IMG/VR virus record: IMGVR_UViG_2852667396_000001
Span: 2,060-66,059 of that record
Direction: 5' to 3' (one strand)
DNA length: 64,000 nt
DNA from: a virus
Shown here: one piece after another, positions 18,418 through 27,649 of the stretch
Layout: each line of letters starts with the position of its first letter
How positions within the stretch are numbered: the first letter of the stretch is position 1
The notes under the pieces: model-generated
The model's database searches: none
Seen by the model: the letters and a program-made list of their open reading frames with translations, nothing else
Told to the model about the DNA's origin: nothing
Position numbers and translations under genes: made by a program

Positions 18418-19443
18418 ATGACGAAGGAAGAAGATTCGACAACGCCGAACGAAAACACAGTCTTGTTCGTGCGCGATGGCTCCAAAGTGAAGCTGAAGTT
18501 TGAGCCAGGCCAGCAAGTAATGTGGGCTACAACGCAAAACATGGCGGACCTTTTTGAAACGACGGCAGACAACGTTGGGTTGCATCTAAAGAATATTTTC
18601 GCGGTTGGTGAGCTTGAGGAAAAGGCAACTACCGAGGATTTCTCGGTAGTTCGCAGGGAGGGCGGTCGCTTTGTTGAGCGCACAATAAAGCACTACAACC
18701 TCGATGCGATCCTGTCGGTCGGGTACCGCGTTAACGCAAAAAATGCTATTGCATTCCGGCAATGGGCTACCCAGACGCTCAAAACTTATCTTGAGCAAGG
18801 GTATGTAATAAACGAGAAGGCTCTCCGGGAGTCTCCTGAAAAATTAAACAAGCTCGCAGCGGCAGTTAGAGCCCTTAGGTCCGAGGAAAAGCAGGTCTAT
18901 GCCAAGGTCCGTGAGTGCTTCAAGATATGTTCTTCTGACTACGATCCAAATTCAAAAACAGTCAGAAGTTTTTACGCTCTGCTCCAAGACAAGTTTCACC
19001 ACGCGGTAACGGGCATGACGAGCACGAAGCTCATACTAGACAGGGCAGATCATAAAGCCGAGTCCATGGGCATGCAGACGATACGCGGTGACCTTCCGAC
19101 GATTGATGAGGCTAAGACAGGAAAGAACTACCTCAATAGCGATGAACTCTATCGGCTGCATTTGTTATCAGAGCAGTTCATGCTTTATGCAGAAAGCACA
19201 GCACTAACAAAGAAAGAAATGACCATGAGTTCGCTTCACGAAAAACTGGACCAGCTTCTTATTTTCAACGATTACCCAGTCTTTAGCGGTTACGAGGACT
19301 TCATCAAAGACGAGGCCTTGAGCCATGCAAGACAGGAGCTGGGGTTGTACAAAAAGCGCAAAAAGATTGAAGCGCTAGGTTATGAGTACAGTGAAGAGGC
19401 CTTGGCTGCTGGCGAGTATGACGAGCTATTGATCAATGACTGA
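18418..19443 (+). CDS. RhuM-family DNA-binding protein
   Basis: WATTQNMADLF, HLKNIF..GEL, YNLDAILSVGYRVN, FRQWAT. Confidence 0.85.
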   Translation: MTKEEDSTTPNENTVLFVRDGSKVKLKFEPGQQVMWATTQNMADLFETTADNVGLHLKNIFAVGELEEKATTEDFSVVRREGGRFVERTIKHYNLDAILSVGYRVNAKNAIAFRQWATQTLKTYLEQGYVINEKALRESPEKLNKLAAAVRALRSEEKQVYAKVRECFKICSSDYDPNSKTVRSFYALLQDKFHHAVTGMTSTKLILDRADHKAESMGMQTIRGDLPTIDEAKTGKNYLNSDELYRLHLLSEQFMLYAESTALTKKEMTMSSLHEKLDQLLIFNDYPVFSGYEDFIKDEALSHARQELGLYKKRKKIEALGYEYSEEALAAGEYDELLIND

Positions 19444-20362
19444 ATCTAACAATTTGAAAACTCCAAAAATAACTGATTACCCCTTTGTTGTGCATTTGCA
19501 CTCAAGCGATGAGGTTCGAGCGAAGCGAGATCAGGCAATTGAATGGCTGAGAGAAGTTGGGGGCTCAGTGCATTCCGATCGCTATCACGGATATTTGAGA
19601 AGTATCGATAAGTATGAACTATCGGAGGTGTCAGTTGATATTGAACGAGAGTTTTACTCATTCCTAAATGCTCATTCCGAGCTTACCGAGCTTATAAGGG
19701 TTTATGATTCGCTTCAGCTGATAGACTCTTCTGAGTATGTTTCAGCGCTTAAGAAAATTTGCTCTGGGCAAGCCTTTAGAAATAAAGTTACAAATGAAGC
19801 GAGTAGAGATTTTTTATTTGAATTGTCTGTAGGTGCGAGATTGATTCGAGCAGGTTACGAAGTAACCCTGAATGGGCAAGCTGACAGCGTAGCTATAGTT
19901 GAGGGACGGAGAGTATATGTTGAAGCCAAACGAATACGGTCTGTAAGCCAGATAGGAAAGAGAGTCGGTGAGGCAAACAGACAAATCGGTAAGCGACTCG
20001 CCCAAGATTCGTCAAGTAAATCACGTGGTTTTGTTGCGGTCAGCTTAACTGATGTTCTAAATCCAGATAACAGTTTTGCGGCGGTTGAAAGTGTTGAGCA
20101 CCTCAGGAGTACTAACGCTAATAGTTTACACGGGCTGGTGGGGGGGAGAGATGATTTTATGAGGGGAAAGATGGGTAAGTGTCTAGGGGTCCTAGCTGAG
20201 TTTACTATGCAAGGATTTAAATATCAAAATGAGGGGTATGAAGGTGCAGCTCTTCTTAATTGTAGGGTCGCCACATTTAGACGATGTGATGCTCACGAAT
20301 CAAATAACGAACTGATGGCTAAAATGCTTCCTGTACTTAGTAATCAATCACTTTATAAATAA
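19436..20362 (+). CDS. Putative PD-(D/E)XK nuclease
   Basis: FELSVGARL...AD......VEAKR motif; AT-rich; overlaps rhuM stop. Confidence 0.6.
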   Translation: MTESNNLKTPKITDYPFVVHLHSSDEVRAKRDQAIEWLREVGGSVHSDRYHGYLRSIDKYELSEVSVDIEREFYSFLNAHSELTELIRVYDSLQLIDSSEYVSALKKICSGQAFRNKVTNEASRDFLFELSVGARLIRAGYEVTLNGQADSVAIVEGRRVYVEAKRIRSVSQIGKRVGEANRQIGKRLAQDSSSKSRGFVAVSLTDVLNPDNSFAAVESVEHLRSTNANSLHGLVGGRDDFMRGKMGKCLGVLAEFTMQGFKYQNEGYEGAALLNCRVATFRRCDAHESNNELMAKMLPVLSNQSLYK

Positions 20363-20434
20363 TGTAGTTTTAGTTGTGGTGTACTCTACTGGTCCTACGG
20401 CTACCACCCGTAGGATGCGTACTTTTTCTCTAGG

Positions 20435-20683
20435 CTACGACCAGCTGCGTTCTTCATAGAAATGGTTCAGCGCTATCAGCTCAACCACAGCCACGAAAAC
20501 GCAGAGCACAACGAAGCCTGGGCTGAAGACCCGCTTGCGGCCTGATGAGCCCCAGCTAAGACCAACTGCGTCGGAATAGCCGGGGAGCATCATAAGCAAC
20601 GCGATACAAGCAATGACCCCAACCTTGCTCCAGAAGCTCTGCTCTCGCCATGAGGTCGACGGCTTTCCAAGGGCGGATGGCAT
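20435..20683 (-). CDS. Small two-TM membrane protein co-transcribed with cI
   Basis: Start overlaps cI stop. Confidence 0.7.
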   Translation of the reverse strand: MPSALGKPSTSWREQSFWSKVGVIACIALLMMLPGYSDAVGLSWGSSGRKRVFSPGFVVLCVFVAVVELIALNHFYEERSWS

Positions 20684-21342
20684 CAGTAAAACTTCTGCAG
20701 CGCCTGCACAACTACGCCCACGATCCGGCAGTTCTCGTCCACAGCCTCGATCGGGTAGCTGGGGTTCAGCGGCTTCAGGAACAGTCGACCGCCGTCGCTT
20801 ACCAGCTTCTTGAATGTCGCTTCATTGCTGTCCGGCAGCTTGGCAACGACCAGCTTACCTGGTGCAACTTCAGCCTCAGTGTCCACTAGGATCAGAGTGC
20901 CTTCTGTGATGCTCTGGCCGGCTGGCGCCGTCATCGAGTCGCCTTTAACCTTCAGCCAGAACGCTGTGCCCTTGGAGTCGTACTCCGAGAACTCATAGCT
21001 GTCCGAGAATCCGGCCGGGTAGGGCTCAACGGCCTCCGCCCAGGCGCCGGCGGCAACCCAGCTGATTACGGGGTAGCGGAATGATTTGGTGGGCTGCGCG
21101 GCAATAGAGATATTTGACTCTGCAGCGCTCACACCTGTCATTGGCCCGGTATTTTCGGAGAGCCAAATAGCGTTCACACCACACACATGGGCGATCTTCG
21201 GCAAGTGTGCGCTTTGAAGGTTTTTCCCGGTCTCCAGCTGGGAGATTACCGGTTGCTCAACGCCCACTTTTAAGGCGAGCGCCTTCTGCGTCAGCTTGGC
21301 GTGGTTGCGTGCGGTTTTGATTCGTTCGGCGAGTGTGCTCAT
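20683..21342 (-). CDS. cI: CI repressor (HTH + S24 peptidase)
   Basis: HTH; VAAG cleavage site; VKGDSM; ATFKKL. Confidence 0.95.
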   Translation of the reverse strand: MSTLAERIKTARNHAKLTQKALALKVGVEQPVISQLETGKNLQSAHLPKIAHVCGVNAIWLSENTGPMTGVSAAESNISIAAQPTKSFRYPVISWVAAGAWAEAVEPYPAGFSDSYEFSEYDSKGTAFWLKVKGDSMTAPAGQSITEGTLILVDTEAEVAPGKLVVAKLPDSNEATFKKLVSDGGRLFLKPLNPSYPIEAVDENCRIVGVVVQALQKFY

Positions 21343-21354
21343 CAGCTGAAATTT

Positions 21355-21415
21355 ATAAGTTCCCTTATCGGCTTGCAAATAAGTGTCCTTCTACTTAGGA
21401 TATAAGCAGGCTTAT
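21355..21415. promoter_or_regulatory. OR operators and pR
   Basis: ATAAG-N4-CTT(A/C)T at 21355, 21379 and 21402; TTGCAA-17-TAGGAT. Confidence 0.85.
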
Positions 21416-21430
21416 TAGGAGGGTGATCTT

Positions 21431-21643
21431 ATGACCCCTATCGAAAGGCTCGTCGACTTCTTCGGCGGGCAAACCAAAACCGCTATAGCGCTCGACGTTT
21501 CTCAAGCCGCAGTTTCGTACTGGGTTGCCGGGATTCACCCGATGCGCGCCGAAAAGGCTTTCAAGGCAGAAGAGTTGACCGGTGGAAAAATCACTGCTCG
21601 CGAGCTGTGTATTCCCCAAAAGGGCGCCCAATCCGCCGCCTGA
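21431..21643 (+). CDS. cro: Cro-like regulator
   Basis: FGGQTKTAIALDVSQAAVSYW HTH, divergent from cI. Confidence 0.9.
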   Translation: MTPIERLVDFFGGQTKTAIALDVSQAAVSYWVAGIHPMRAEKAFKAEELTGGKITARELCIPQKGAQSAA

Positions 21644-21693
21644 CATCCCTGTCCGCCGTTCCATTGAAGCTAGATTAGAAGAGAGCAGTCCCC

Positions 21694-22308
21694 ATGCAAA
21701 CGTCCAGTTCCAGACACACCGTACAAACCCGTGATCAGGTGCTGGTCGCCCATGCTGCAAACCAGATCGCACGCACTAGTCTGAGCCAGGACGACTTCGC
21801 CCAGGCGCTGAGCCGCGAGCTGCATTTGTCCTGCCCAGAGAAGGCCGTCGCCAAAGAGGTGCCGGACTTCGCCACGCTCACCTTGCAGAACGACGTGTCC
21901 GACTTTGTGAAGGCGACCGGCCGCTGGCTCAAGCGTGTGCAGCGCTGGCTGAACGGTGATCAGGAAATGCCGTCGTGGCTGGAAGAGTCGTGGGTCAACG
22001 CCCTTGAGCCTGAATACCGCGATCACTGCTTGAACGAGCTGGCGAGCCGCCATGGCTTGACCGGCGCCCGCCAGATGACCAGCGACCAATGTGCGAATAA
22101 GAGCTTCGGCGCACTGATCCGCGCCCTGGGCGATGTGATCGACACCGGCAGTGAAGTGTTTGATGACCAGGTGATGTGCGAACTGGATCTGCCGCACTTG
22201 CCGGCATTCGCCAAGCAGTGCCGCCAGGTTGAAGCGAAGGCAGGGGAGTTGCGCCGTAAGGCTGAGGCGCTGCTTAACGGCAAGCCAGCACTGAAATCCA
22301 TCGCCTGA
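21694..22308 (+). CDS. CII-position regulatory protein (putative)
   Basis: Position after cro; 204 aa. Confidence 0.6.
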   Translation: MQTSSSRHTVQTRDQVLVAHAANQIARTSLSQDDFAQALSRELHLSCPEKAVAKEVPDFATLTLQNDVSDFVKATGRWLKRVQRWLNGDQEMPSWLEESWVNALEPEYRDHCLNELASRHGLTGARQMTSDQCANKSFGALIRALGDVIDTGSEVFDDQVMCELDLPHLPAFAKQCRQVEAKAGELRRKAEALLNGKPALKSIA

Positions 22309-22318
22309 ATTCCAGGCA

Positions 22319-22349
22319 CAAAAAAGCCGACGTACGAGGTCGGCTTTTT
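22319..22349. terminator. Bidirectional intrinsic terminator
   Basis: AAAAAAGCCGAC-loop-GTCGGCTTTTT. Confidence 0.75.
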
Positions 22350-22377
22350 CTACAGCGGTAAACATCTGGAGCGAATC

Positions 22378-23199
22378 ATGCACCAACACACCGAATCGAT
22401 CAATAGCCCCAACAATCTCGCGCCACGTTTTCTGCAATCGCAAAACGTGGCGCGTGAAGTTTCGATGACCAGTCTTGAGCTTGTCGATTTCATCAATGGG
22501 CAGCGAAGTCAGGAGGATCCGATCCTGGACCATGCTGACTTCATGAAGAAGGTGCCTCGGGTGATCAGGAAAGATGCCGGAAAATTTTCCGACATCTACC
22601 TCGATTCAATGAACCGGAAGCAGAAGTGCTATCGGTTCCCCAAGCGCGAATCCTGCCTGATGGCCATGTCGTATAGCTACGACCTCCAGGCCGCAGTTTT
22701 CGACCATATGACATCGCTGGAGGAGCGGCTTTCGCAAAAGGTCGCACTCCCTTCATACGCCGAGGCCTTGCGTCTCTATGCCGACCAGATCGAGCAGACA
22801 GAGGTGTTGCGAGTCGAGAACCACCAGCAGGCCACAAAGATCCACTCCTTGGAGAACCTCTTCAAGGAAGGCATGACCCACACCCAGTTCTGCAAGGGCC
22901 TGAATGGGGTCAACGTCATGCAGGTGGGCAAGTACCTGGAGGCCCGCAGCTGGCTCTACAACGAGAGCAAGTCTGGCGTTCGTCACCGCGTGGGCTCCTA
23001 CGCCCGCGACAAGTACATGACCGAGCACCAGGTCGAAGTCACCCCTCACGGCAAAGATCCTTTCATCTCCTACACGCCTGTCCTGCTGAAGAAGGGCGCG
23101 GCACGCCTGTACGACCTGTACTTGGCCGGCGAGCTGCCCATGAAGAAGACCTGGGACGGCCTGTTCACCCACGATAAAGCAGTGCGAGGTGCCGCGTGA
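22378..23199 (+). CDS. Rha / antirepressor-family protein
   Basis: MTSLELVDFIN, YRFPKRESCLMAMSYS, LPSYAEAL. Confidence 0.85.
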   Translation: MHQHTESINSPNNLAPRFLQSQNVAREVSMTSLELVDFINGQRSQEDPILDHADFMKKVPRVIRKDAGKFSDIYLDSMNRKQKCYRFPKRESCLMAMSYSYDLQAAVFDHMTSLEERLSQKVALPSYAEALRLYADQIEQTEVLRVENHQQATKIHSLENLFKEGMTHTQFCKGLNGVNVMQVGKYLEARSWLYNESKSGVRHRVGSYARDKYMTEHQVEVTPHGKDPFISYTPVLLKKGAARLYDLYLAGELPMKKTWDGLFTHDKAVRGAA

Positions 23200-23615
23200 G
23201 CATGGGCCCCATCGTCTGCTGCCCTGTGTGTGGCGACTCCAGCCAAGCCGCCCGCAACGCCATGTATTGCTATTCGCTTGAAGTGCCGGGGGCCTCTGTT
23301 TGCTCCGGTTGCGCTGAGCGTATTGCGAACGCATTTAACAAAAAGCATGGCGGCGCATGGCTCACTTGGCCAAATGAGGCTGCGCCTAGGCCTAAAAAGG
23401 CAGTTATCGGGCAGTCAGTCAGAACTCAAGTATTTGAGAGAGACCTTTACCGATGCCTGCGGTGTGGCGACCACAAGAATCTACGAGCTGACCATGTACA
23501 CCCTGAAAGCATGGGCGGAGACGCTGTGCTGGAAAACCTTCAAACCCTATGCGCAAGTTGCAATAGCTGGAAGGGCGTAAAGGTCATCGATTTTCGCGCT
23601 CCGGCGGAGGCCTGA
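23196..23615 (+). CDS. HNH endonuclease
   Basis: CLRCG...DHVHPES.GG..NLQTLCASCN. Confidence 0.85.
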   Translation: MSMGPIVCCPVCGDSSQAARNAMYCYSLEVPGASVCSGCAERIANAFNKKHGGAWLTWPNEAAPRPKKAVIGQSVRTQVFERDLYRCLRCGDHKNLRADHVHPESMGGDAVLENLQTLCASCNSWKGVKVIDFRAPAEA

Positions 23616-23616
23616 C

Positions 23617-24594
23617 ATGCAATACACCGTCACGATTAACCAGGTGAAGGCGCTGGAGTGGGGGCTGAATTCTCAGCAGGCCCTGCTATTTGCCTTCGTC
23701 TATGGCTGCCCGAGCTGGACCAAGCCAATCAAGACCGATGACGGGATCTTCTTCGCGTTGAGCAAGGCCAAGATCACTGAGGAGCTGCCGCTGCTCACCG
23801 ACAAGCCAGACACTGCTTACCGCATGCTGAAGGCCCTGGAAGAGGCCGGTTTGATTGAGCTTTCCAGCACTTCGAACATCACGCTTTTTCGTCTCACCGA
23901 GAAGGCCGTAGAGTGGAACCAAAAGCTGGACGGGTCGGAAAAATATCCGACCCCACCAAAAAACAAAGGTCGGAAAAAAATCCGATCTACCTCGGATAAA
24001 TCTCCGAGCAAGGTCGGAAAAAAATCCGAGCAAGGGTCGGATAAATCTCCGACAAATCAGGATACCAATCATCAGGATATAGATCAGGACACCAGTCAGG
24101 ACTTGCAGGACGCCACCGGCAAGCCGGCTCAGTCCCGCGGCTTGGTACTGGTGGTTGATCGCACTGATGTCCCACGGGTTGAGATCCCCGCCGACATGCC
24201 GGGCCCTAAGGACCAGACCTGCAAAACCTTCAAGGTCTGGGCGAACTACGCCATGGCTTACCGCAAGCGCTACAGCGCCTGGCCGGTGTGGAACGCCAAG
24301 GTCGGTGGTCAGCTCGGCCAACTGGTTGACCGCCTCGGCGCCGACGTAGCCCACCACGTCGCAGCCCACTTCTTGAAAACCAGCGACGCCGCCGTTCTGC
24401 GCAAGTGCCACAGCCTCAACGAACTGTTGGCCAACGCCGAGAGCTACCACACCCAATGGGTCACTGGGCAGCGCATCAACGGAACAACCGCCCGCCAGAT
24501 GGAGCGGACCGAGGCAAACCACTCCGCAGCCGAGCAGGCCGCCCAGATGGTTTTGGCCAAACGCCAAGCAGGTGACCGCAATGAATACCTTTGA
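23617..24594 (+). CDS. Replication initiator (O-like)
   Basis: Position; N-terminal wHTH; internal iterons. Confidence 0.85.
   Translation: MQYTVTINQVKALEWGLNSQQALLFAFVYGCPSWTKPIKTDDGIFFALSKAKITEELPLLTDKPDTAYRMLKALEEAGLIELSSTSNITLFRLTEKAVEWNQKLDGSEKYPTPPKNKGRKKIRSTSDKSPSKVGKKSEQGSDKSPTNQDTNHQDIDQDTSQDLQDATGKPAQSRGLVLVVDRTDVPRVEIPADMPGPKDQTCKTFKVWANYAMAYRKRYSAWPVWNAKVGGQLGQLVDRLGADVAHHVAAHFLKTSDAAVLRKCHSLNELLANAESYHTQWVTGQRINGTTARQMERTEANHSAAEQAAQMVLAKRQAGDRNEYL
23935..24102. repeat. Replication origin iterons
   Basis: Five TCGGA-N6-TCCGA palindromes followed by four TCAGGA repeats. Confidence 0.8.
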
Positions 24595-25378
24595 AATGAA
24601 TGACCAGCAGGTTGCCGGGCTGGCCGCCGCCATCTGCGCCACAGCCGAGGCCATGGGGCAGGAAATGAACCCCGGTACCGCCGCGATGATGGCCGAAGAT
24701 CTTTGCGCCTACCCGGTGCCTGTCGTCAAAGCGGCGCTGAAGGCGTGTCGCTTCGAAGTGAAGGGCAAGCTGGCTATGGCCGACATCCTGCAGCGTGTCC
24801 AGACCTCTGACGGCCGCCCAGGGAAGGACGAGGCCTGGGCCATCGCCATGACGACCAACGATGAATATGAAACCGTGGTGCTGACCGACGAAATCCAGCT
24901 GGCCCTGGCCGCTGCGAAACCCATCTTGGATGGCGGCGACAAAATCGGTGCGCGCATGGCGTTCATCGACGCCTACCAGCGGTTCGTGGGCCAGTCCCGC
25001 GAGGACGCGAAGCCGGTCAACTGGCACGTATCCGTAGGCTTCGACGCCAACCGCCGTATCCAGGCTGTGACCAAGGCGATGGAATTGAAGCGAATCCCGC
25101 GCGAACACGCCCAGAAGTACCTGGCGGACCTGAGTGTCGAGCCAGTCACCGAAGACGGTCGCGCTATCGCAGGTCTGCTCACTGGCAACGTCACCCGGCC
25201 AGAGCCGGCGATTCGCCAGAAACTGGAGCTGGTGAAGAACTCGATGATGGAAATGCGGAAGGCCAGTGCTGAGCGGAAAACCGAAATGCGGATTGATGCG
25301 GCAAATGAGTTGGCGGATCGCAGGGCTCTGCTGATCAAGCAGGCCCAGGAACTGGAAGAGAAGAGGGCGGCGCAATGA
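24581..25378 (+). CDS. Replication protein P-like (putative helicase loader)
   Basis: Position after O; RPGKDEAW motif. Confidence 0.7.
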   Translation: MNTFEMNDQQVAGLAAAICATAEAMGQEMNPGTAAMMAEDLCAYPVPVVKAALKACRFEVKGKLAMADILQRVQTSDGRPGKDEAWAIAMTTNDEYETVVLTDEIQLALAAAKPILDGGDKIGARMAFIDAYQRFVGQSREDAKPVNWHVSVGFDANRRIQAVTKAMELKRIPREHAQKYLADLSVEPVTEDGRAIAGLLTGNVTRPEPAIRQKLELVKNSMMEMRKASAERKTEMRIDAANELADRRALLIKQAQELEEKRAAQ

Positions 25379-25845
25379 CCGACAAGATCAGCGTCAACTG
25401 CCAAGCCAAGCTCACTGAGGCCATCACATGCCTGACCACCATGTACCGGGACAAGAAGTTTGTGGTGGTCTCCCTACGCCCGGGCAAGGACCGCACCCTT
25501 GACCAGAACCGGCTGTGGTTTGGGATGTACAAGCGAATCGCCGAGATGACTCAGATCGGCGACCCGGCCGATGCCCGCCGCTACTGCAAGCTGCACTTCG
25601 GCGTGCAGATCCTGCTGAACGAAGACGCAGGGTTCCAGACCGAGTGGTACCGAGTCATGCGCCATCTGCCCTACGAAACGAAGCTGGCCATGATGGGCGA
25701 GTGCCATTTGTTTGGCCCTGATGGCTTCCCTGTGACCAGCCTGTTCAACCGCGCCCAGGGCATCGCTTACACCGACCGCATTGCAGCCTACTTCACGGGC
25801 CAAGGTGTGGTTTTCACTGATCTACTCAGCAAGGAGGCTGCATGA
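25375..25845 (+). CDS. ninB: NinB-like protein
   Basis: RTLDQNRLW motif. Confidence 0.7.
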   Translation: MTDKISVNCQAKLTEAITCLTTMYRDKKFVVVSLRPGKDRTLDQNRLWFGMYKRIAEMTQIGDPADARRYCKLHFGVQILLNEDAGFQTEWYRVMRHLPYETKLAMMGECHLFGPDGFPVTSLFNRAQGIAYTDRIAAYFTGQGVVFTDLLSKEAA

Positions 25846-26441
25846 TCGCCAAGCAACCAAAACCGAAGAAATGCCGTGTTACGGCGTGCGGGGTGTCATT
25901 CATCCCATTACGCCTGGGTCAGGCTGTGTGCAGTCCTGCATGCGCAATCCTCGATGCACCGAAGAACCAGGATAGGGCCCGCAAGGCAATTGCCCAGCGT
26001 GATCGCCGCGATATCAAGGTCCGCAAGGAGAAGCTGAAGAGCAGGGCGGATCATCTGCGCGACGCCCAGGCCGCCGTGAACGAGTACGTGCGCCTGCGTG
26101 ACGCGCACCTGCCCTGCATCAGCTGCGACTCCACGCCGAACGATAACGACCTCATGACTGGCAGCCGGTGGGACGCTGGCCACTACCGATCCGTCGGCGC
26201 ATGCCCGGAGCTGCGCTTCGAGCCACTGAACATCCACCGGCAGTGCGTGAAGTGCAACCGCAACCTTTCCGGCAATGCCGTGGAGTACCGCATTCGCCTG
26301 GTGTTGCGCATCGGCGCCGAGAAGGTGGCTTGGCTGGAAGGCCTGCACGCGCCGTGCAAGTACACCGTGGAAGAGATCAAGGCGATCAAAGCCAAATACC
26401 GCGCAATGACCAGAGAGTTGAAAAAAGGAGAAGCCGCATGA
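25842..26441 (+). CDS. ninG: NinG/Rap recombination endonuclease
   Basis: PCISC, WDAGHYRS, NIHRQCVKCN. Confidence 0.9.
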   Translation: MIAKQPKPKKCRVTACGVSFIPLRLGQAVCSPACAILDAPKNQDRARKAIAQRDRRDIKVRKEKLKSRADHLRDAQAAVNEYVRLRDAHLPCISCDSTPNDNDLMTGSRWDAGHYRSVGACPELRFEPLNIHRQCVKCNRNLSGNAVEYRIRLVLRIGAEKVAWLEGLHAPCKYTVEEIKAIKAKYRAMTRELKKGEAA

Positions 26442-26983
26442 CCTATCGCAACGTTGTTTCAGCAGTAGTTCGAGCCCTTGCGGCCGAAACCATCACTTCC
26501 GCCGGCGGTTGCGACTTTGAGCCCAAGGTGCAGTGCGCCAAACAGAAGGGGGAGATCGTCGGGAAGGAGGCGGCGTTTCTCCAGGACTGCTGGGTGTTCG
26601 GCCGGCTGCGCAAGGCGTTGACCCCGGCGCACTGGCGAGCACTGGTGGCGAAGTACTCCACCCACGAGGAGCGCAAGCACGGCGCGATCCTGGAGCTGCT
26701 GAATTCGGTGAAGTCGCCGGCGCCGAAACGGTTTCGTGAGTGCGCTGTGCTGACGTGGGCTATTCCGCAGGTTGCCGGTGCCGAGGGCAAACGTTCCGCC
26801 GCTGTGCTGCCGGCCGCATGGTATGACATCACCAATTGGGACAATGACGGCAAGCCGGAATCGACTCGGTACCGGTGGCGCTCAGGGATCCGCAAGACGT
26901 TGGATGACCAGGTAAACGAGGCGCTGACGGCCGCTCAGGAACTGCTCGACGCAGAGGGATTAATCGAAAGTTGCGCTGCGTAG
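26438..26983 (+). CDS. Late antiterminator Q-like protein
   Basis: Position after ninG, before late promoter and terminator. Confidence 0.65.
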   Translation: MTYRNVVSAVVRALAAETITSAGGCDFEPKVQCAKQKGEIVGKEAAFLQDCWVFGRLRKALTPAHWRALVAKYSTHEERKHGAILELLNSVKSPAPKRFRECAVLTWAIPQVAGAEGKRSAAVLPAAWYDITNWDNDGKPESTRYRWRSGIRKTLDDQVNEALTAAQELLDAEGLIESCAA

Positions 26984-26993
26984 CAAATCGCTA

Positions 26994-27089
26994 TTGCAAT
27001 GAGTGAGAAAGTGAGAGAGTATTTACCCATCCTGCCGATCTTGCGCGTTGAGGTTGCACAGTAAAGCCCGGCATGAAGTCGGGCTTTTT
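26994..27089 (+). promoter_or_regulatory. Late promoter pR' and terminator tR'
   Basis: TTGCAA-17-GAGTAT, then GCCCGGC/GTCGGGC hairpin with T-run. Confidence 0.6.
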
Positions 27090-27107
27090 CATGTGAGGCA
27101 AAGGACG

Positions 27108-27371
27108 ATGCGAGCTCTCTTACTTCTCGGAATGTTGCTTTCGCCTTTGGCGTTTGCCGACACAATCGAGCCTTCACATGACTGTAGCCAGCCAAGTGTT
27201 CCATACGAATTTGAAGACCAGAACGAGCGCGATCAATTCAACGCCGAGGTGGAGGAGTACAAATCCTGCATCACTGACTTCGTAGAGGAGCAGCAAGACG
27301 CTATTCGGAAGCATAAGTCTGCGGCCGACGACGCCATTGAAGAGTGGAACTCGTTCGCCCGATCGACATAG
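27108..27371 (+). CDS. Small secreted protein (moron)
   Basis: Signal peptide ending AFA; acidic; two Cys. Confidence 0.75.
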   Translation: MRALLLLGMLLSPLAFADTIEPSHDCSQPSVPYEFEDQNERDQFNAEVEEYKSCITDFVEEQQDAIRKHKSAADDAIEEWNSFARST

Positions 27372-27390
27372 CCGCTACGTATTTCTCCAA

Positions 27391-27414
27391 GCCTCGCCAA
27401 GTGCGGGGCTTTTT
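27391..27414 (+). terminator. Terminator, 24-bp direct repeat copy 1
   Basis: GCCTCGCCAAGTGCGGGGCTTTTT, identical at 28515-28538. Confidence 0.8.
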
Positions 27415-27455
27415 ATTGCCCACGGAAAGGGCGATTCAGCAAAAGGAATTTGCAG

Positions 27456-27641
27456 ATGTTGAAAGAAATCAGATGCGGTAACTGCAACCGACTTCTCGCC
27501 CGCACGGGTGGGTTTACAGAGCTCCAGATCAAATGTTCCCGATGCGGGACGTTGAATCATGTGAAGGCCACGAGCCTCGAGCAATCGCCTTTGAGCGACA
27601 TGACAGCGGAATCCTCCGCGACTAATCATTCGACTCAATAG
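27456..27641 (+). CDS. Mu Com-like zinc-finger regulator
   Basis: IRCGNCNRLLA...IKCSRCGTLN. Confidence 0.85.
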   Translation: MLKEIRCGNCNRLLARTGGFTELQIKCSRCGTLNHVKATSLEQSPLSDMTAESSATNHSTQ

Positions 27642-27649
27642 GTGAAAAA

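Noticed and set aside
23935-24102. Regularly spaced palindromes resembling a mini-CRISPR
   Set aside because: Inside the initiator gene, spacers too short, no cas genes; these are origin iterons.
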